Position numbers and translations under genes: made by a program. Positions 1-9,805 of a DNA stretch of 35,578 nt are shown here, piece by piece. The notes below the pieces were generated by a model that saw only the letters and a program-made list of their open reading frames with translations, was not told where the DNA came from and searched no databases. Numbering within the stretch: the stretch's first letter is position 1; each line of letters opens with the position of its first letter. The stretch comes from Candidatus Bathyarchaeota archaeon (GTDB taxonomy: Archaea > Thermoproteota > Bathyarchaeia > Bathyarchaeales > Bathycorpusculaceae): positions 1-35,578 of the forward strand of contig CAVYXJ010000014.1 in NCBI GenBank assembly GCA_963772455.1, written 5' to 3'.

Positions 1-561
1 CAGTTCAAATAGGTAAAAACAAGTACTTTTCTCTTGTGTTTTTTGGAAAGCATATTAAATTCTGACTACTCGCTGTGATACGGGTGCAACCTGCAAACTC
101 ATTTTTTTGCCTTCAAGAGGAAGCTAAAGTTCAAATTCGCGCGGAGGAATGCCGAGCTCGCTGGGATGGGCCTAAACTATTAAGCAATCCCTGCACTATT
201 CATGATGCTGTTATTGAGTGCTTTGGCCGTTTCACTCTTAGCCCTAATGGTGCTAATGCAAGTAGGCGAGATGCTTCAAAAAAGAAGTAATTTAGTGCTC
301 AACTTTCAGCTAATCAAACTGTTTTGAAGTACTCTGACTAGATTGTATTTTCTAAAATTAGCAAACACGCGCTGCTGCAAAAGAGTAGTTGGCATTGTGC
401 AATGACCAGGTTTTGCTCTTGATTCATAGAGAAGACACAAAAAGACAGCTTTTTGCTGCTAATTAACGTATAACAAGCGAGTTATCGTTAATAATCGATA
501 ATTATATATGTGCACAGTCATGCACTAATACTAAGTTTTGTATTTCTGAGGGTAAACTTTC

Positions 562-1578
562 ATGGCAGTGCTGAAAAAGCGAAGTCTCGTAATAATAGCT
601 ACAATCATCTTGGTGTTAGCAATTGTTTTGAGTTCGTTTTTTTATCTTAACTCCCAAAAGGCTTATTCAGGAACGACTGAACAAATTATTCTAGCCGTAC
701 CACCCCATGAAATTAACTCGCTGATATTCGTTGCAGAAAACCAGCAGTATTTTGCTACAAATGGACTCAACGTAACAATGAAAAATTATGCTTTGGGCCA
801 AACCGCGGTTAATGCAGTATTGAGGGGTGAAGCAGACATTGCCCTTGCAGCCGAGTATAATGTTGTTCAAAAAGCTTTGGCAAACGAGAGTATTGTCACG
901 TTTGGGAGTGTCTCTAAGAACGCCAATTTGTATCTGATTGCGCGAACAGATAAAGGAATTAATAGTATTGCAGACTTGAAAGGCAAGGCAATTGGGGTTC
1001 CCCTTGGAAGTTTACCGCAATTCACTCTTGGCAGATTCCTTGAGCTGAACGGATTAGACATAACTCAAGTAACCCTCGTCAATACTTTGCCTGCAGAAAC
1101 AGCCAATGCGATGGAAAACGGCACAATAGATGCAGGCATAATAGCGCAGCCCAACATTGGATTGGTGGAGAGTATGTTTAAGGATAAGACTATTAAATGG
1201 CCCGCTCAAGCCGATCAGCCCTACTATGTTGACGCAATCTGTACAAGCAACTTTGCAAAAACAAATCCCGAATTGATTATAAGATTCTTGAAAACTATTG
1301 TTCAAGCTGAAAAATATGTGGCTAACAATCAGGATAAAGCTATTAGCATAGTTGCGGCAAAGCTAAACTACACTAATGCATATTTATCAAGCGTCTGGTC
1401 TGACCTTCGGTTATCTGTTTCCTTAGACCAGTCGCAAATTTTGGCTATGCAAGATGAAGCACGCTGGTCTATTAGTAACAACCTAACAAACGCTACAAGT
1501 ATTCCTAATTTCCTGAATTATGTCTACGTTGATGGTTTGAAATCAGTGAAACCAGCTGCAGTAAACATCATCGGCTAG
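562..1578 (+). CDS. ABC-type substrate-binding protein, NMT1/SsuA/TauA family, N-terminal membrane anchor
   Basis: N-terminal hydrophobic helix. Motifs YFATNGLNV, GEADIA, GINSIADLKGKAIGV and GTIDA are typical of sulfonate/nitrate/thiamine-precursor binding proteins. Confidence 0.85.
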   Translation: MAVLKKRSLVIIATIILVLAIVLSSFFYLNSQKAYSGTTEQIILAVPPHEINSLIFVAENQQYFATNGLNVTMKNYALGQTAVNAVLRGEADIALAAEYNVVQKALANESIVTFGSVSKNANLYLIARTDKGINSIADLKGKAIGVPLGSLPQFTLGRFLELNGLDITQVTLVNTLPAETANAMENGTIDAGIIAQPNIGLVESMFKDKTIKWPAQADQPYYVDAICTSNFAKTNPELIIRFLKTIVQAEKYVANNQDKAISIVAAKLNYTNAYLSSVWSDLRLSVSLDQSQILAMQDEARWSISNNLTNATSIPNFLNYVYVDGLKSVKPAAVNIIG

Positions 1579-1587
1579 AGGAAAAAT

Positions 1588-2361
1588 GTGCGAATAAAGA
1601 ATCAATTCCTAATCAGCATTACAGCTTTTACCGTCATTTTAGTCATAATTGGGTCTTCCGTGGCTTTTACACAACTGCAGATAACTCAGTTGAATAGTCA
1701 AGAAGCAACTGCTCATGAAATTCAAACAGGGGCAAGCAACCTAAACTACATCTCCAATAACTATTTTCTTTACCAATCCGACTCTTCAATTGGTCTTTGG
1801 CAGACAGAGTTTTCAACCCTATCAGCCGAATTAGCACAACTAAACTCCACTAATACTCAACAACAAACACTGGTAAGCATAGTAAATGATGACTTGTTAA
1901 ATCTAAACTTCGTTTTTAGCGGAGTGATCACTTTTCTGAACAATGCTCCAAGAAATGAAAGCATACGTGTTTTGCCTTCTTTTCAGACTCAGTGGAATAG
2001 AATGGCAGTGCAGATTCAAGCGCTTTCTTTTGATTCTCAACAACTATCGCAAGCCATTAAGGACCAATCGAATCAAGCTATCTTTACAAACACGGTCTCC
2101 ACAATTGCTCTGATGGCGTTATTTGCAGCATTCTTTATCACAATTTACCTATTGAACTTTCGGCGAACGTTAAAGTCGATATCTGAGCTAAAGACGGGTA
2201 TAGATGTTATCGGGTCAGGAAATCTTGAACATGAAGTCCAAGCTGGTAGCAAGGATGAAATTGCTGATATTTCAAAATCTATCAATCAAATGGCAGCCAA
2301 TTTGAAAACTGTAACTGCTTCCAAAACAGACTTGGAACATAGCGCAAGCCTCTTTGCGTGA
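1588..2361 (+). CDS. N-terminal part of a membrane sensor histidine kinase (TM-extracellular-TM-HAMP), split from 2354..3868 by a frameshift
   Basis: Two TM helices, then HAMP motif (GSGNLEHEV...DEIADISKSINQMAANL). Removing one base near 2340 joins it in frame to the kinase (TDLEQAQASLRESEQRW). Confidence 0.8.
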   Translation: MRIKNQFLISITAFTVILVIIGSSVAFTQLQITQLNSQEATAHEIQTGASNLNYISNNYFLYQSDSSIGLWQTEFSTLSAELAQLNSTNTQQQTLVSIVNDDLLNLNFVFSGVITFLNNAPRNESIRVLPSFQTQWNRMAVQIQALSFDSQQLSQAIKDQSNQAIFTNTVSTIALMALFAAFFITIYLLNFRRTLKSISELKTGIDVIGSGNLEHEVQAGSKDEIADISKSINQMAANLKTVTASKTDLEHSASLFA

Positions 2362-3868
2362 GAGTGAGCAGCGTTGGGCAACTACTTTGGCAAGCATCGG
2401 TGACGCTGTCATAGCCACAGATACATCGGGCAAAATAGTATTCATGAACGGTGAGGCAGAGGAACTGACGGGTTGGTCAATGAGTGAAGGTTTAACGAAA
2501 CCGGTGAAGACCGTATTTAATATTATTAACGAACAGACTCGTTTGGAGGTTGAAAGCCCAATTGAACGCGTTCTCAGAGAAGGCATGGTTGTTGGTTTGG
2601 CTAACCACACAGTCTTGATTTGTAAGGATGGTACCGAGGTTCCAATTGATGACAGCGGAGCACCCATAAAAGACAAAGATGGCAATACTACAGGTGTTGT
2701 GCTCATCTTCCGAGACATCACTGAGCGCAAGAAAGCAGAAGAAGCCTTGAATAGAATTAACCAAGAGTTAGAGGAGAGGGTTCAGAAGCGCACTCAGGAA
2801 GTTTCAAATGAACGCCAACGCCTTTATAGGGTCCTTGAAACCCTTCCAGCGTATGTTGTTCTCCTCGACAAAGACTACCGCATGCCCTTTGCCAACAAAG
2901 TCTTCCGGGAAACTTTCGGCGATTCTCTCGGGAAACGCTGTCACGAATATTTATTCGGACTTGACTCAGAATGCGAGAACTGTGAGACATATAAAGTTCT
3001 CAAAACCAATAAACCCCAGCACTGGGAGTGGACTGGACCAAATAAGCACGATTATGAGATTTACGATTATCCGTTTGTTGAAGCAGACGGTTCCACTCTC
3101 ATTTTGGAGATGGGTATCGATGTTACCGAACGCAAGAAAGCTGAACGGGAAGCGCAGGAAGCAGCAAAGAAACTAAAAGATGCTGAGCGTTTGGCTGCTA
3201 TCGGTGCAACTGCTGGTATGGTTGGGCATGATATTCGCAATCCATTGCAGGCCATCGCTGGAGATGTTTATTTGTTGAAAGAAGAACTCAAAGCCATGCC
3301 TGACCGTGAAGAGAAAAGTAGTGTAGTAGAAAGTTTGGAAGGTATCGAGAAGAACGTTGATTACATTAACAAGATTGTTGCTGACCTTCAAGACTACGCT
3401 AGACCGCTTAATCCACGCGCCCAAGAAACAAACATAAAATCGCTATTCAACGAAATATTAGCTAAGAATGGTATGCCCAAAAACATCAAGTTAGCTGTCG
3501 ATGTTGAGGATAAAGCGGAAAAAGTAATGGCTGATCCTGACTATCTTAAGCGTATAGCTGCCAATTTGACATTGAACGCAATCCAAGCCATGCCCAATGG
3601 AGGTAAATTAACGATTCGAGCTTATGCCGATATACAAACTAACGAGGTTGTGATAACGGTTAAGGACACAGGAGTTGGCATCCCTGAAAACATCAAGCCT
3701 AAGCTGTTTACTCCTATGATGACAACCAAATCTAAGGGTCAAGGATTCGGCTTAGCGGTGGTTAAAAGAATGACTGAAGGCTTAGGTGGAACAGTAACTT
3801 TTGAAAGTACTGAAGGAAAGGGCACAAGTTTCATTGTACGTTTGCCCCTCCCCCCAAAAAAGAGCTAG
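2354..3868 (+). CDS. PAS-PAS sensor histidine kinase (HisKA + HATPase_c), C-terminal part
   Basis: PAS/PAC (SIGDAVIATD...FRDITERK), H-box GHDIRNPL, N-box NLTLNAIQAM, G1 DTGVGI, G2 GQGFGL. Confidence 0.92.
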   Translation: MRESEQRWATTLASIGDAVIATDTSGKIVFMNGEAEELTGWSMSEGLTKPVKTVFNIINEQTRLEVESPIERVLREGMVVGLANHTVLICKDGTEVPIDDSGAPIKDKDGNTTGVVLIFRDITERKKAEEALNRINQELEERVQKRTQEVSNERQRLYRVLETLPAYVVLLDKDYRMPFANKVFRETFGDSLGKRCHEYLFGLDSECENCETYKVLKTNKPQHWEWTGPNKHDYEIYDYPFVEADGSTLILEMGIDVTERKKAEREAQEAAKKLKDAERLAAIGATAGMVGHDIRNPLQAIAGDVYLLKEELKAMPDREEKSSVVESLEGIEKNVDYINKIVADLQDYARPLNPRAQETNIKSLFNEILAKNGMPKNIKLAVDVEDKAEKVMADPDYLKRIAANLTLNAIQAMPNGGKLTIRAYADIQTNEVVITVKDTGVGIPENIKPKLFTPMMTTKSKGQGFGLAVVKRMTEGLGGTVTFESTEGKGTSFIVRLPLPPKKS

Positions 3869-4001
3869 ACGGTAAATGGACCTACAAATAGTCAATTTAG
3901 CGCAAGTTAATTGCGTCGATAGGTATTGTTCGATTCTCTACCGAGAATATTATCGCTATGCTTTCCAAATCATTATCAACTACCAGCAAGAAATTTTGAC
4001 G

Positions 4002-4041
4002 CATAATTATCTTGTGGATTTCAAGGATAATTCTTAATTAA
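4002..4041 (-). repeat. Partial minus-strand copy of the AATTAT 24-7-24 symmetric site
   Basis: Reverse complement reads ttaattaagaattat...gataattatg, with the same 7 and 24 bp core spacing as 9831-9870. Confidence 0.7.
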
Positions 4042-4159
4042 TCCTATCAAAAAATTATTTGAAGTAATTTTGCTCAATATTCTTGCGTGCAATTGCAGTA
4101 GTATTTCAGAAGTACAGTTCTCATGTGGATGAGCTATTGGATTATCCTTCCCTTCTAGA

Positions 4160-4413
4160 GTTGGACTTTTTGCCGCAGTGCTTATCGTCACTTGGCTTCT
4201 CTTAGGTCCATTTCTTACAAAGTTTTCAGAGTAGACCTGTCAGATGAAAATAATTCTTTATGGACTATCTTGAAGATCAGGAGAATTCCAACACTAATTG
4301 CATTACATAATGGAAAGGAGTTCTGGAGAAGAGAAGCAACCTATATGATTGGTCTTCGAAAAGCTGACTTCAAAGAAGCAGATACGACCATGAAAACTGA
4401 AGCGCCTGAATAA
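4160..4413 (+). pseudogene. Degenerate thioredoxin-like gene fragment
   Basis: ORF 4192..4413 has the thioredoxin C-terminal half (FRVDL...IRRIPTLIALHNGKEFWR). An upstream out-of-frame VGLFAA strand lacks the WCxxC motif. Confidence 0.55.
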
Positions 4414-4624
4414 TGTTTGTCCTGACTAATTATTAATACATCCACCTTTCTCTTTTTTTTAACCAAACAGCGTTCTATTTCTGTTTGAATATTGATAATT
4501 TTCAAGAAGAAGACTCATTTGGAAAAATCAGATTATTTTATATATAAAGTTGAGTAATATTAGAGTTGACATAGCAATCTCATTCTTGAAATTGTTTTGT
4601 TAAAAATGAAAGGAAGAAAAAGAC

Positions 4625-5962
4625 TTGAAAACTTTATGTAATAAATCAATGACTATTTTCTTGACTTTAATATTGCTTTTCTCAATTGCAACTACAATTA
4701 TTACTTTGCCAACAGTTAAAGCACACACCCCCAAATGGGAGATTCCTACTTATGCTTATTTGAGCGTTGCACCAAATCCAATAGGTGTCGGACAACGATT
4801 GTTCATTGTCATGTGGCTTGATTCAGTTCTACCTGGAGCAGCTGTAGAAAACAACATCAGATATCATAATTTCCAACTTACAATTACAAAACCCGATAAT
4901 ACAATTGAAACAAAGGATTGGCCCCTCATTACTGACACTGCAGCTTCACAGCCTTTTCTGTATTACCCTGACAAAGCTGGTAATTACTCATTTAAGTGGA
5001 CGTATCTTGGAGAAACCTTTACTTGGAATGCGGCAAACACCCCTGGTCTTTCAACTGCAAATGCACTTTATGAAAACGACACATTTTTGCCATGCGAAAG
5101 CAAACTAGTTACAGTTACTGTTCAGGACGAACCAGTTTACTCGCCGCCTAGTAGTTATCCTATGCCCACTGAATACTGGACACGCCCAATAGAAGGAGAG
5201 AACTCAGATTGGTGGACAATCTCGTCAAACTGGCTGGGTAGACAATCGCCGCAACTTGCAGAGGAAAGACTCAGAAATCCAGAAGATGGTATAGGACCTG
5301 TCACTTCTCACGTTATGTGGACAAAGCCCATTCAAGAAGGAGGAGTTGTTGGTGGCACCAATAACTTCGTTGAAGGCGAAGGATACTATATTGGAACAAC
5401 TTACAATCGAAGATTCAACAATCCAATAGTGATGTATGGAGTACTCTACTATACAGAACCTGAAAGTATCGAGGTTACAACTAATACGGCAGGCGGATTA
5501 ACAAAGGCTGTAGATTTACGCACTGGAGAAGAACTCTGGTCACAGAGAATTCCAGGACCCAACAACTTATTCCAATTCGGTTATGTCTACACTTCTGGAG
5601 ATAACCCAAACATGCACGGCACATGGCCTGGCATTCTATTCACAGCAGACTTTGGAAGAGCATTCGATGCACGCACGGGAAACCCTCTATTTAATGTCAC
5701 TTACATGCCTGTAACTCGTTCCATTAGTCCATCAACTAGCGTAGGAACAGAGGCATTAGGCGAAGATGGCACAATATATCTCTATCAACTCAACGCTGCA
5801 GCCAAGTGGATAGCACAATGGAATTCATCTAAACTTTGGACATGGGGAACAACACCAACTATCCAGAAAGAAGTAGTTGGAAACATACCTATAACTCCAG
5901 CTGGCCTACAACATCAGCAGGAACTGGACAAGCGTGGAATTGGAACGGATCCGCATGGGTAG
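4625..5962 (+). CDS. Secreted PQQ-like beta-propeller surface protein, N-terminal part (frameshifted)
   Basis: Signal peptide, IPTYAYLSVAPNPIGVGQ, PTEYWTRPI, HVMWTKP and AVDLRTGEELW propeller motifs. The sequence continues in another frame near 5902. Confidence 0.8.
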   Translation: MKTLCNKSMTIFLTLILLFSIATTIITLPTVKAHTPKWEIPTYAYLSVAPNPIGVGQRLFIVMWLDSVLPGAAVENNIRYHNFQLTITKPDNTIETKDWPLITDTAASQPFLYYPDKAGNYSFKWTYLGETFTWNAANTPGLSTANALYENDTFLPCESKLVTVTVQDEPVYSPPSSYPMPTEYWTRPIEGENSDWWTISSNWLGRQSPQLAEERLRNPEDGIGPVTSHVMWTKPIQEGGVVGGTNNFVEGEGYYIGTTYNRRFNNPIVMYGVLYYTEPESIEVTTNTAGGLTKAVDLRTGEELWSQRIPGPNNLFQFGYVYTSGDNPNMHGTWPGILFTADFGRAFDARTGNPLFNVTYMPVTRSISPSTSVGTEALGEDGTIYLYQLNAAAKWIAQWNSSKLWTWGTTPTIQKEVVGNIPITPAGLQHQQELDKRGIGTDPHG

Positions 5963-7332
5963 CCGTACCTTCAGCTCAAGCAACACAAATATCAACTCGC
6001 TATGACTGGAACATAACAGTGCCAGGGTTACAATCAAACGCGGCAATTATCTATACAATCCTTGATGATATGATGCTGATTAGAAACGGTACTCTGCCAA
6101 CACCAAGAGTTCATGATCCTTACACTGTTTATGCTATTAACTTAAACACATCAAGAGGACAGAGAGGAGAAGTTTTATGGATGAAGAACTATGATCCGCC
6201 AGCAGTCTCACGAAGCTTTCCAGGAAAACTTATCGATACAGTGAACAATGTCTTTATTGGCTACGATAAAGAGGTCTCACAGCTAGTAGGTTTTAGTCTA
6301 GTCAACGGAGAACAATTATGGACTACTACTCTTCCTGCAGATTCTTCTGACTTTATCCTCTACAGTTACTTAGGTGCAATTGGTATGCAAACTGCTTATG
6401 GTCTAGTTTACTTTGGTGGCTACGGTGGAATAATGCATGCTTACGACACAAAAACCGGCGAACTAGCATGGACCTACGGCAATGGTGGACCCGGAAACAC
6501 AACTTATTCTGGTACTGGCTTAGCCTATGGCAGGTATCCGATATATCCAGGTCCCATCGCAGACGGAGTACTTTACTTAGATACTGGTGAACACAGTGCT
6601 CAACCACCATTATACAAAGACTCGCTAGTACGCGCCCTCAATGCTACAACCGGTGAAGAAATCTGGACTTTAACCGGATGGGGTGGTCACCATAGACGCG
6701 AAGGGTTTGCTGTTGCTGACGGCTTCTTAGTTTATCTCAACCACTATGACATGCAAGTATACAGTGTAGGAAAGGGACCCAGTGCTATTACAGTCGAGGC
6801 GCCAAAAGCAGCAGTAGAGTTAGGCAGATCTTTAGTCATTAGCGGTATGGTTACAGATATTGCTGCAGGGACAAAGCAGAATGAACAAGCTGCGCGGTTT
6901 CCATATGGTGTTCCAGCTGTTTCAGATGAAAGCATGAGCGATTGGATGAGGTACATTTACATGCAGAAACCACTGCGAACCAATGTTACAGGTGTTCCAG
7001 TGGCAATCAATATTGTTGACTCAAATGGCAATTATAGGCAAATCGGTTCGGTTACAAGCAACTCTGATGGTTTCTATAGTTTGACTTGGAAGCCAGACAT
7101 CGAAGGTCCATACACTGTTTATGCTTCGTTTGGTGGTTCGGCAGCTTATTGGCCATCACATGCCATAACCTCCTTTGCAGTTGATCCAGCACTACCAACC
7201 CCAGCGCCAACCCAAATACCCCCACAGTCAGCAGCTGATATCTATATACTACCTGGAATAATCGCTATAATCGTAGCAATTCTGCTAGTCGGCGTCGTTT
7301 TGGCGCTACTGGTATTAAAGAAACGACCATAA
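5836..7332 (+). CDS. Secreted PQQ-like beta-propeller surface protein, C-terminal part with C-terminal TM anchor
   Basis: Propeller motifs AYDTKTGELAW and ALNATTGEEIW, Ig-like segment, PT linker, TM helix and KKRP tail. The coding part probably starts near 5903. Confidence 0.8.
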   Translation: MDMGNNTNYPERSSWKHTYNSSWPTTSAGTGQAWNWNGSAWVAVPSAQATQISTRYDWNITVPGLQSNAAIIYTILDDMMLIRNGTLPTPRVHDPYTVYAINLNTSRGQRGEVLWMKNYDPPAVSRSFPGKLIDTVNNVFIGYDKEVSQLVGFSLVNGEQLWTTTLPADSSDFILYSYLGAIGMQTAYGLVYFGGYGGIMHAYDTKTGELAWTYGNGGPGNTTYSGTGLAYGRYPIYPGPIADGVLYLDTGEHSAQPPLYKDSLVRALNATTGEEIWTLTGWGGHHRREGFAVADGFLVYLNHYDMQVYSVGKGPSAITVEAPKAAVELGRSLVISGMVTDIAAGTKQNEQAARFPYGVPAVSDESMSDWMRYIYMQKPLRTNVTGVPVAINIVDSNGNYRQIGSVTSNSDGFYSLTWKPDIEGPYTVYASFGGSAAYWPSHAITSFAVDPALPTPAPTQIPPQSAADIYILPGIIAIIVAILLVGVVLALLVLKKRP

Positions 7333-7440
7333 AACAACAATCTTTCCCCTTTTTTAGTCTCAAAAAATGAAGTGTCTTAATAGCTAAATGTTATTTGAAA
7401 AGGAGCCAAAAGAGGTCATATTTTTTGAATCTGACATTAA

Positions 7441-7458
7441 AGGAAAGTTTTAATTAAT
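7441..7458 (+). promoter_or_regulatory. Putative archaeal BRE-TATA promoter
   Basis: Purine-rich aggaaag followed by ttttaatta about 30-40 nt upstream of ATG 7488. Confidence 0.4.
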
Positions 7459-7487
7459 GATGAGATTGAAATTATTAATGATTAATT

Positions 7488-8006
7488 ATGAAAGTCTCTA
7501 AATTAGTAGTTGCAGTGATACTTTTAATTGTCGTAGTGTTAAGTGCAGTTGCGATCTATTATTTTGCTCAGAACGGAACAGCCAAACCAGATGTTTTTAC
7601 TGTGCAGAATGCTACAAGTCTTCAGGTTAATGCTGATGTAGTTGGAAGTAACCAAGGTCCCTCAAACCCATTCAAATGGTTAGTAGCAGATATTGGAACA
7701 ACTGATCAAAAAATTCGTTTAACCATTTATGCTAATGCATCAGATCAAACTGGCTTTACTTACATTGTGAATTCGGAAAACCAGGAAGCTTGGAGAAATG
7801 AAAACGGCACATGGGTCAGTACCAATTATAACGAATTAAATAATCTCTGGGGATCCGAGTGGATTCAATACTTAAACCAGCTAAAGGCAAATTGGACTGG
7901 AAACGGAAACGTCTCGTTCAATAATTCATTTGGCGACAGTGTGACAGTAACGAATGTTGTTATAAATCCGGAGCTTGCTGATTCAACTTTTGAACCTACA
8001 ACCTAA
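7488..8006 (+). CDS. Hypothetical N-terminally anchored extracellular protein
   Basis: ATG start, N-terminal TM helix, many N-x-S/T sequons, oligo-T run after the stop. Confidence 0.75.
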   Translation: MKVSKLVVAVILLIVVVLSAVAIYYFAQNGTAKPDVFTVQNATSLQVNADVVGSNQGPSNPFKWLVADIGTTDQKIRLTIYANASDQTGFTYIVNSENQEAWRNENGTWVSTNYNELNNLWGSEWIQYLNQLKANWTGNGNVSFNNSFGDSVTVTNVVINPELADSTFEPTT

Positions 8007-8103
8007 TTTTTTCTTTTTTTATTCGTAGTGATAAAAAGTGTCATTTGTCAGAATAATATTCAGAGATGCTTTTTACTTTGAAAATAAAGCAGTAATTGTA
8101 ATT

Positions 8104-8655
8104 TTAGTTTAGTTCTTTTATGTTTGTGTCTTTAAGGTTAAATTCTATATGGTAGGTTTGATTTTCAAAAGTTGTAACATAAATGATTCTAACGGGCCAC
8201 AGGAGAATTTTGTCTAAATAATATGTAGCGTTAATTGCTTCGGTGGTGTAATCGTAGGCTATGCATTCTCGTTTTCCTATGTTTCTGACGGTTATTTCTG
8301 TATTATAGGTCTTTTCAAGTGTTACACCTTTGGGTTGAAAGTTGATGTTTGTTTTGTTGATCCATAACGTAGTTTGGTCGGATAATGTTGGTGTAAAAGA
8401 TGTAGTAATTGATGAGTTTGTCTTGATTTGTATGTGTGTGGTGTTTAATTCAGTAACTTGTATTGTTTCATCTAAGCTAATTGGTGTGGATAGTGCGTTT
8501 ATTTTACCTTCATATGTTGCATATGCCCCTTTAAACATCCAAGAATCAGCCATGTTTTGCTGGGTATTATCAATGGCTTGATATCCTATAATTAAAACTA
8601 ATGATGAAATTGCTAAAACCAAGGCGAACACAACAATTATCCAGCCTTTTCTCAT
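8104..8655 (-). CDS. Hypothetical N-terminally anchored extracellular protein
   Basis: N-terminal TM, WMFKGAYATYEG, Thr/Asn-rich beta-type sequence. Confidence 0.75.
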   Translation of the reverse strand: MRKGWIIVVFALVLAISSLVLIIGYQAIDNTQQNMADSWMFKGAYATYEGKINALSTPISLDETIQVTELNTTHIQIKTNSSITTSFTPTLSDQTTLWINKTNINFQPKGVTLEKTYNTEITVRNIGKRECIAYDYTTEAINATYYLDKILLWPVRIIYVTTFENQTYHIEFNLKDTNIKELN

Positions 8656-8757
8656 ACTTGACTAAAGAATGATTTGTGTTAAAAGGATTATTATTAATTA
8701 ACCAATTTTTAGCAATAAAAAAAATTGAGAGAATAGTTTACTTGACGCTAAAGTAGC

Positions 8758-9039
8758 TTATCCGAATTTTGTGAGCACTTCTCGACCTAAATCGGATATT
8801 TCGACAGCGTAGAAATCGTAAGGTCCCATTTTTTTTGGTGTATCAAGTATGTCGATGAGACCGGATTTTGACAGGTGCCTCACTGCGTCGTTTAGGCCTT
8901 CAGGCATCAAACCTGTCTTTCTATGTAAAATGTCCACTTTCACCAACAGACCTTTCTCAAATTCAGATAGGACCACGAGAACCTGTTTAACTGATTGGTC
9001 AAGCATATCAAAATCGTCTTGTTCAAAATCTTCAACCAT
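8758..9039 (-). CDS. Small winged-helix-like hypothetical protein
   Basis: AGGTG RBS before ATG 9039. HTH-wing pattern LHRKTGL...LNDAVRHLSKSGLIDI...ISDLGREVL. Confidence 0.6.
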   Translation of the reverse strand: MVEDFEQDDFDMLDQSVKQVLVVLSEFEKGLLVKVDILHRKTGLMPEGLNDAVRHLSKSGLIDILDTPKKMGPYDFYAVEISDLGREVLTKFG

Positions 9040-9224
9040 AAAAAACACCTACTCATAACATAAGCAGTCTTCCCATAAAAACCATTTGAAAGTTGAAATT
9101 TTCCTTGATCTTGGAGTTGTGTCAGTTTTCCTTAACAATGATATTCTTGGGCAGCTGAGGAGCGAGGGTGTTCTTTAGGAAGCCTTTAATTTTGTTGCCG
9201 TAATTTGTTTGGCAGGTTAATTCG

Positions 9225-9668
9225 ATGAATCCAGTTGTCATTTATTCGACAAAAAGTGGTAATACTGAAAAAGTTGCTATCGAAATCGCCCAAGAATTAA
9301 ATTGTAAAGCAATAAAAATATCGCCAGAATCAAATTTTTCAACAATATTACATAAGGATTTTGATCTTGTGTTTATTGGGACTTGGGTTCGCGGTGGAGA
9401 ACCAAGCCCGGATATGCTTTGTTTCTTAAAGCAGTTGAATTTTGAAGATAGTTGTAGACATTTTGCTCTTTTTATGACATGGGCTGGTGGCGGCAAAAGT
9501 GACTGCTTGACGTTTAATCGAGTAAAACAGCTTTTAGAAGCTAAGAATCAAAGGTTAATTGATGATTGCTTCAAATGTTTTGGGAAGACCTTTGGTTTAA
9601 CAAGGCGTGGGCATCCAGATGCAAAAGATTTATCCGACGCTGGTAAGTGGGCTAAGAAAGTGCGTTGA
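9225..9668 (+). CDS. Flavodoxin-family protein
   Basis: FMN-binding loop YSTKSGNTEKVA, DLVFIGT, FALFMT, C-terminal GHPD. Confidence 0.88.
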   Translation: MNPVVIYSTKSGNTEKVAIEIAQELNCKAIKISPESNFSTILHKDFDLVFIGTWVRGGEPSPDMLCFLKQLNFEDSCRHFALFMTWAGGGKSDCLTFNRVKQLLEAKNQRLIDDCFKCFGKTFGLTRRGHPDAKDLSDAGKWAKKVR

Positions 9669-9701
9669 TGTGCTTGAAAAATCATCCTGAACTGCTGATT
9701 C

Positions 9702-9785
9702 TATGGTTAATCTCGGCTTTGTCGTGATCAATACTTCATTTCCTGAGTCCAATAGTTTCTTTAGGACTTTAAAGCAAGCTTCCAA
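9702..9785 (-). pseudogene. Internal fragment of a probable radical-SAM/SplB-like protein gene
   Basis: Hand translation gives LEACFKVLKKLLDSGNEVLITTKPRLTI. The LITTK strand resembles SplB-like radical SAM proteins, and no intact surrounding gene is present. Confidence 0.45.
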
Positions 9786-9805
9786 CGTAAGAGCAGATAA
9801 TTAGT

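Noticed and set aside
75-330. ORF 75..290 and an overlapping hydrophobic frame (IPALFMMLLLSALAVSLL...)
   Set aside because: No recognisable motif or RBS. It may be a TM-anchor remnant but I cannot support this.
455-510. Possible copy of the AATTAT site (ctaattaa...gataattata)
   Set aside because: The offset is 38 bp rather than 30, so it is more likely the AT-rich promoter of the 562 gene.
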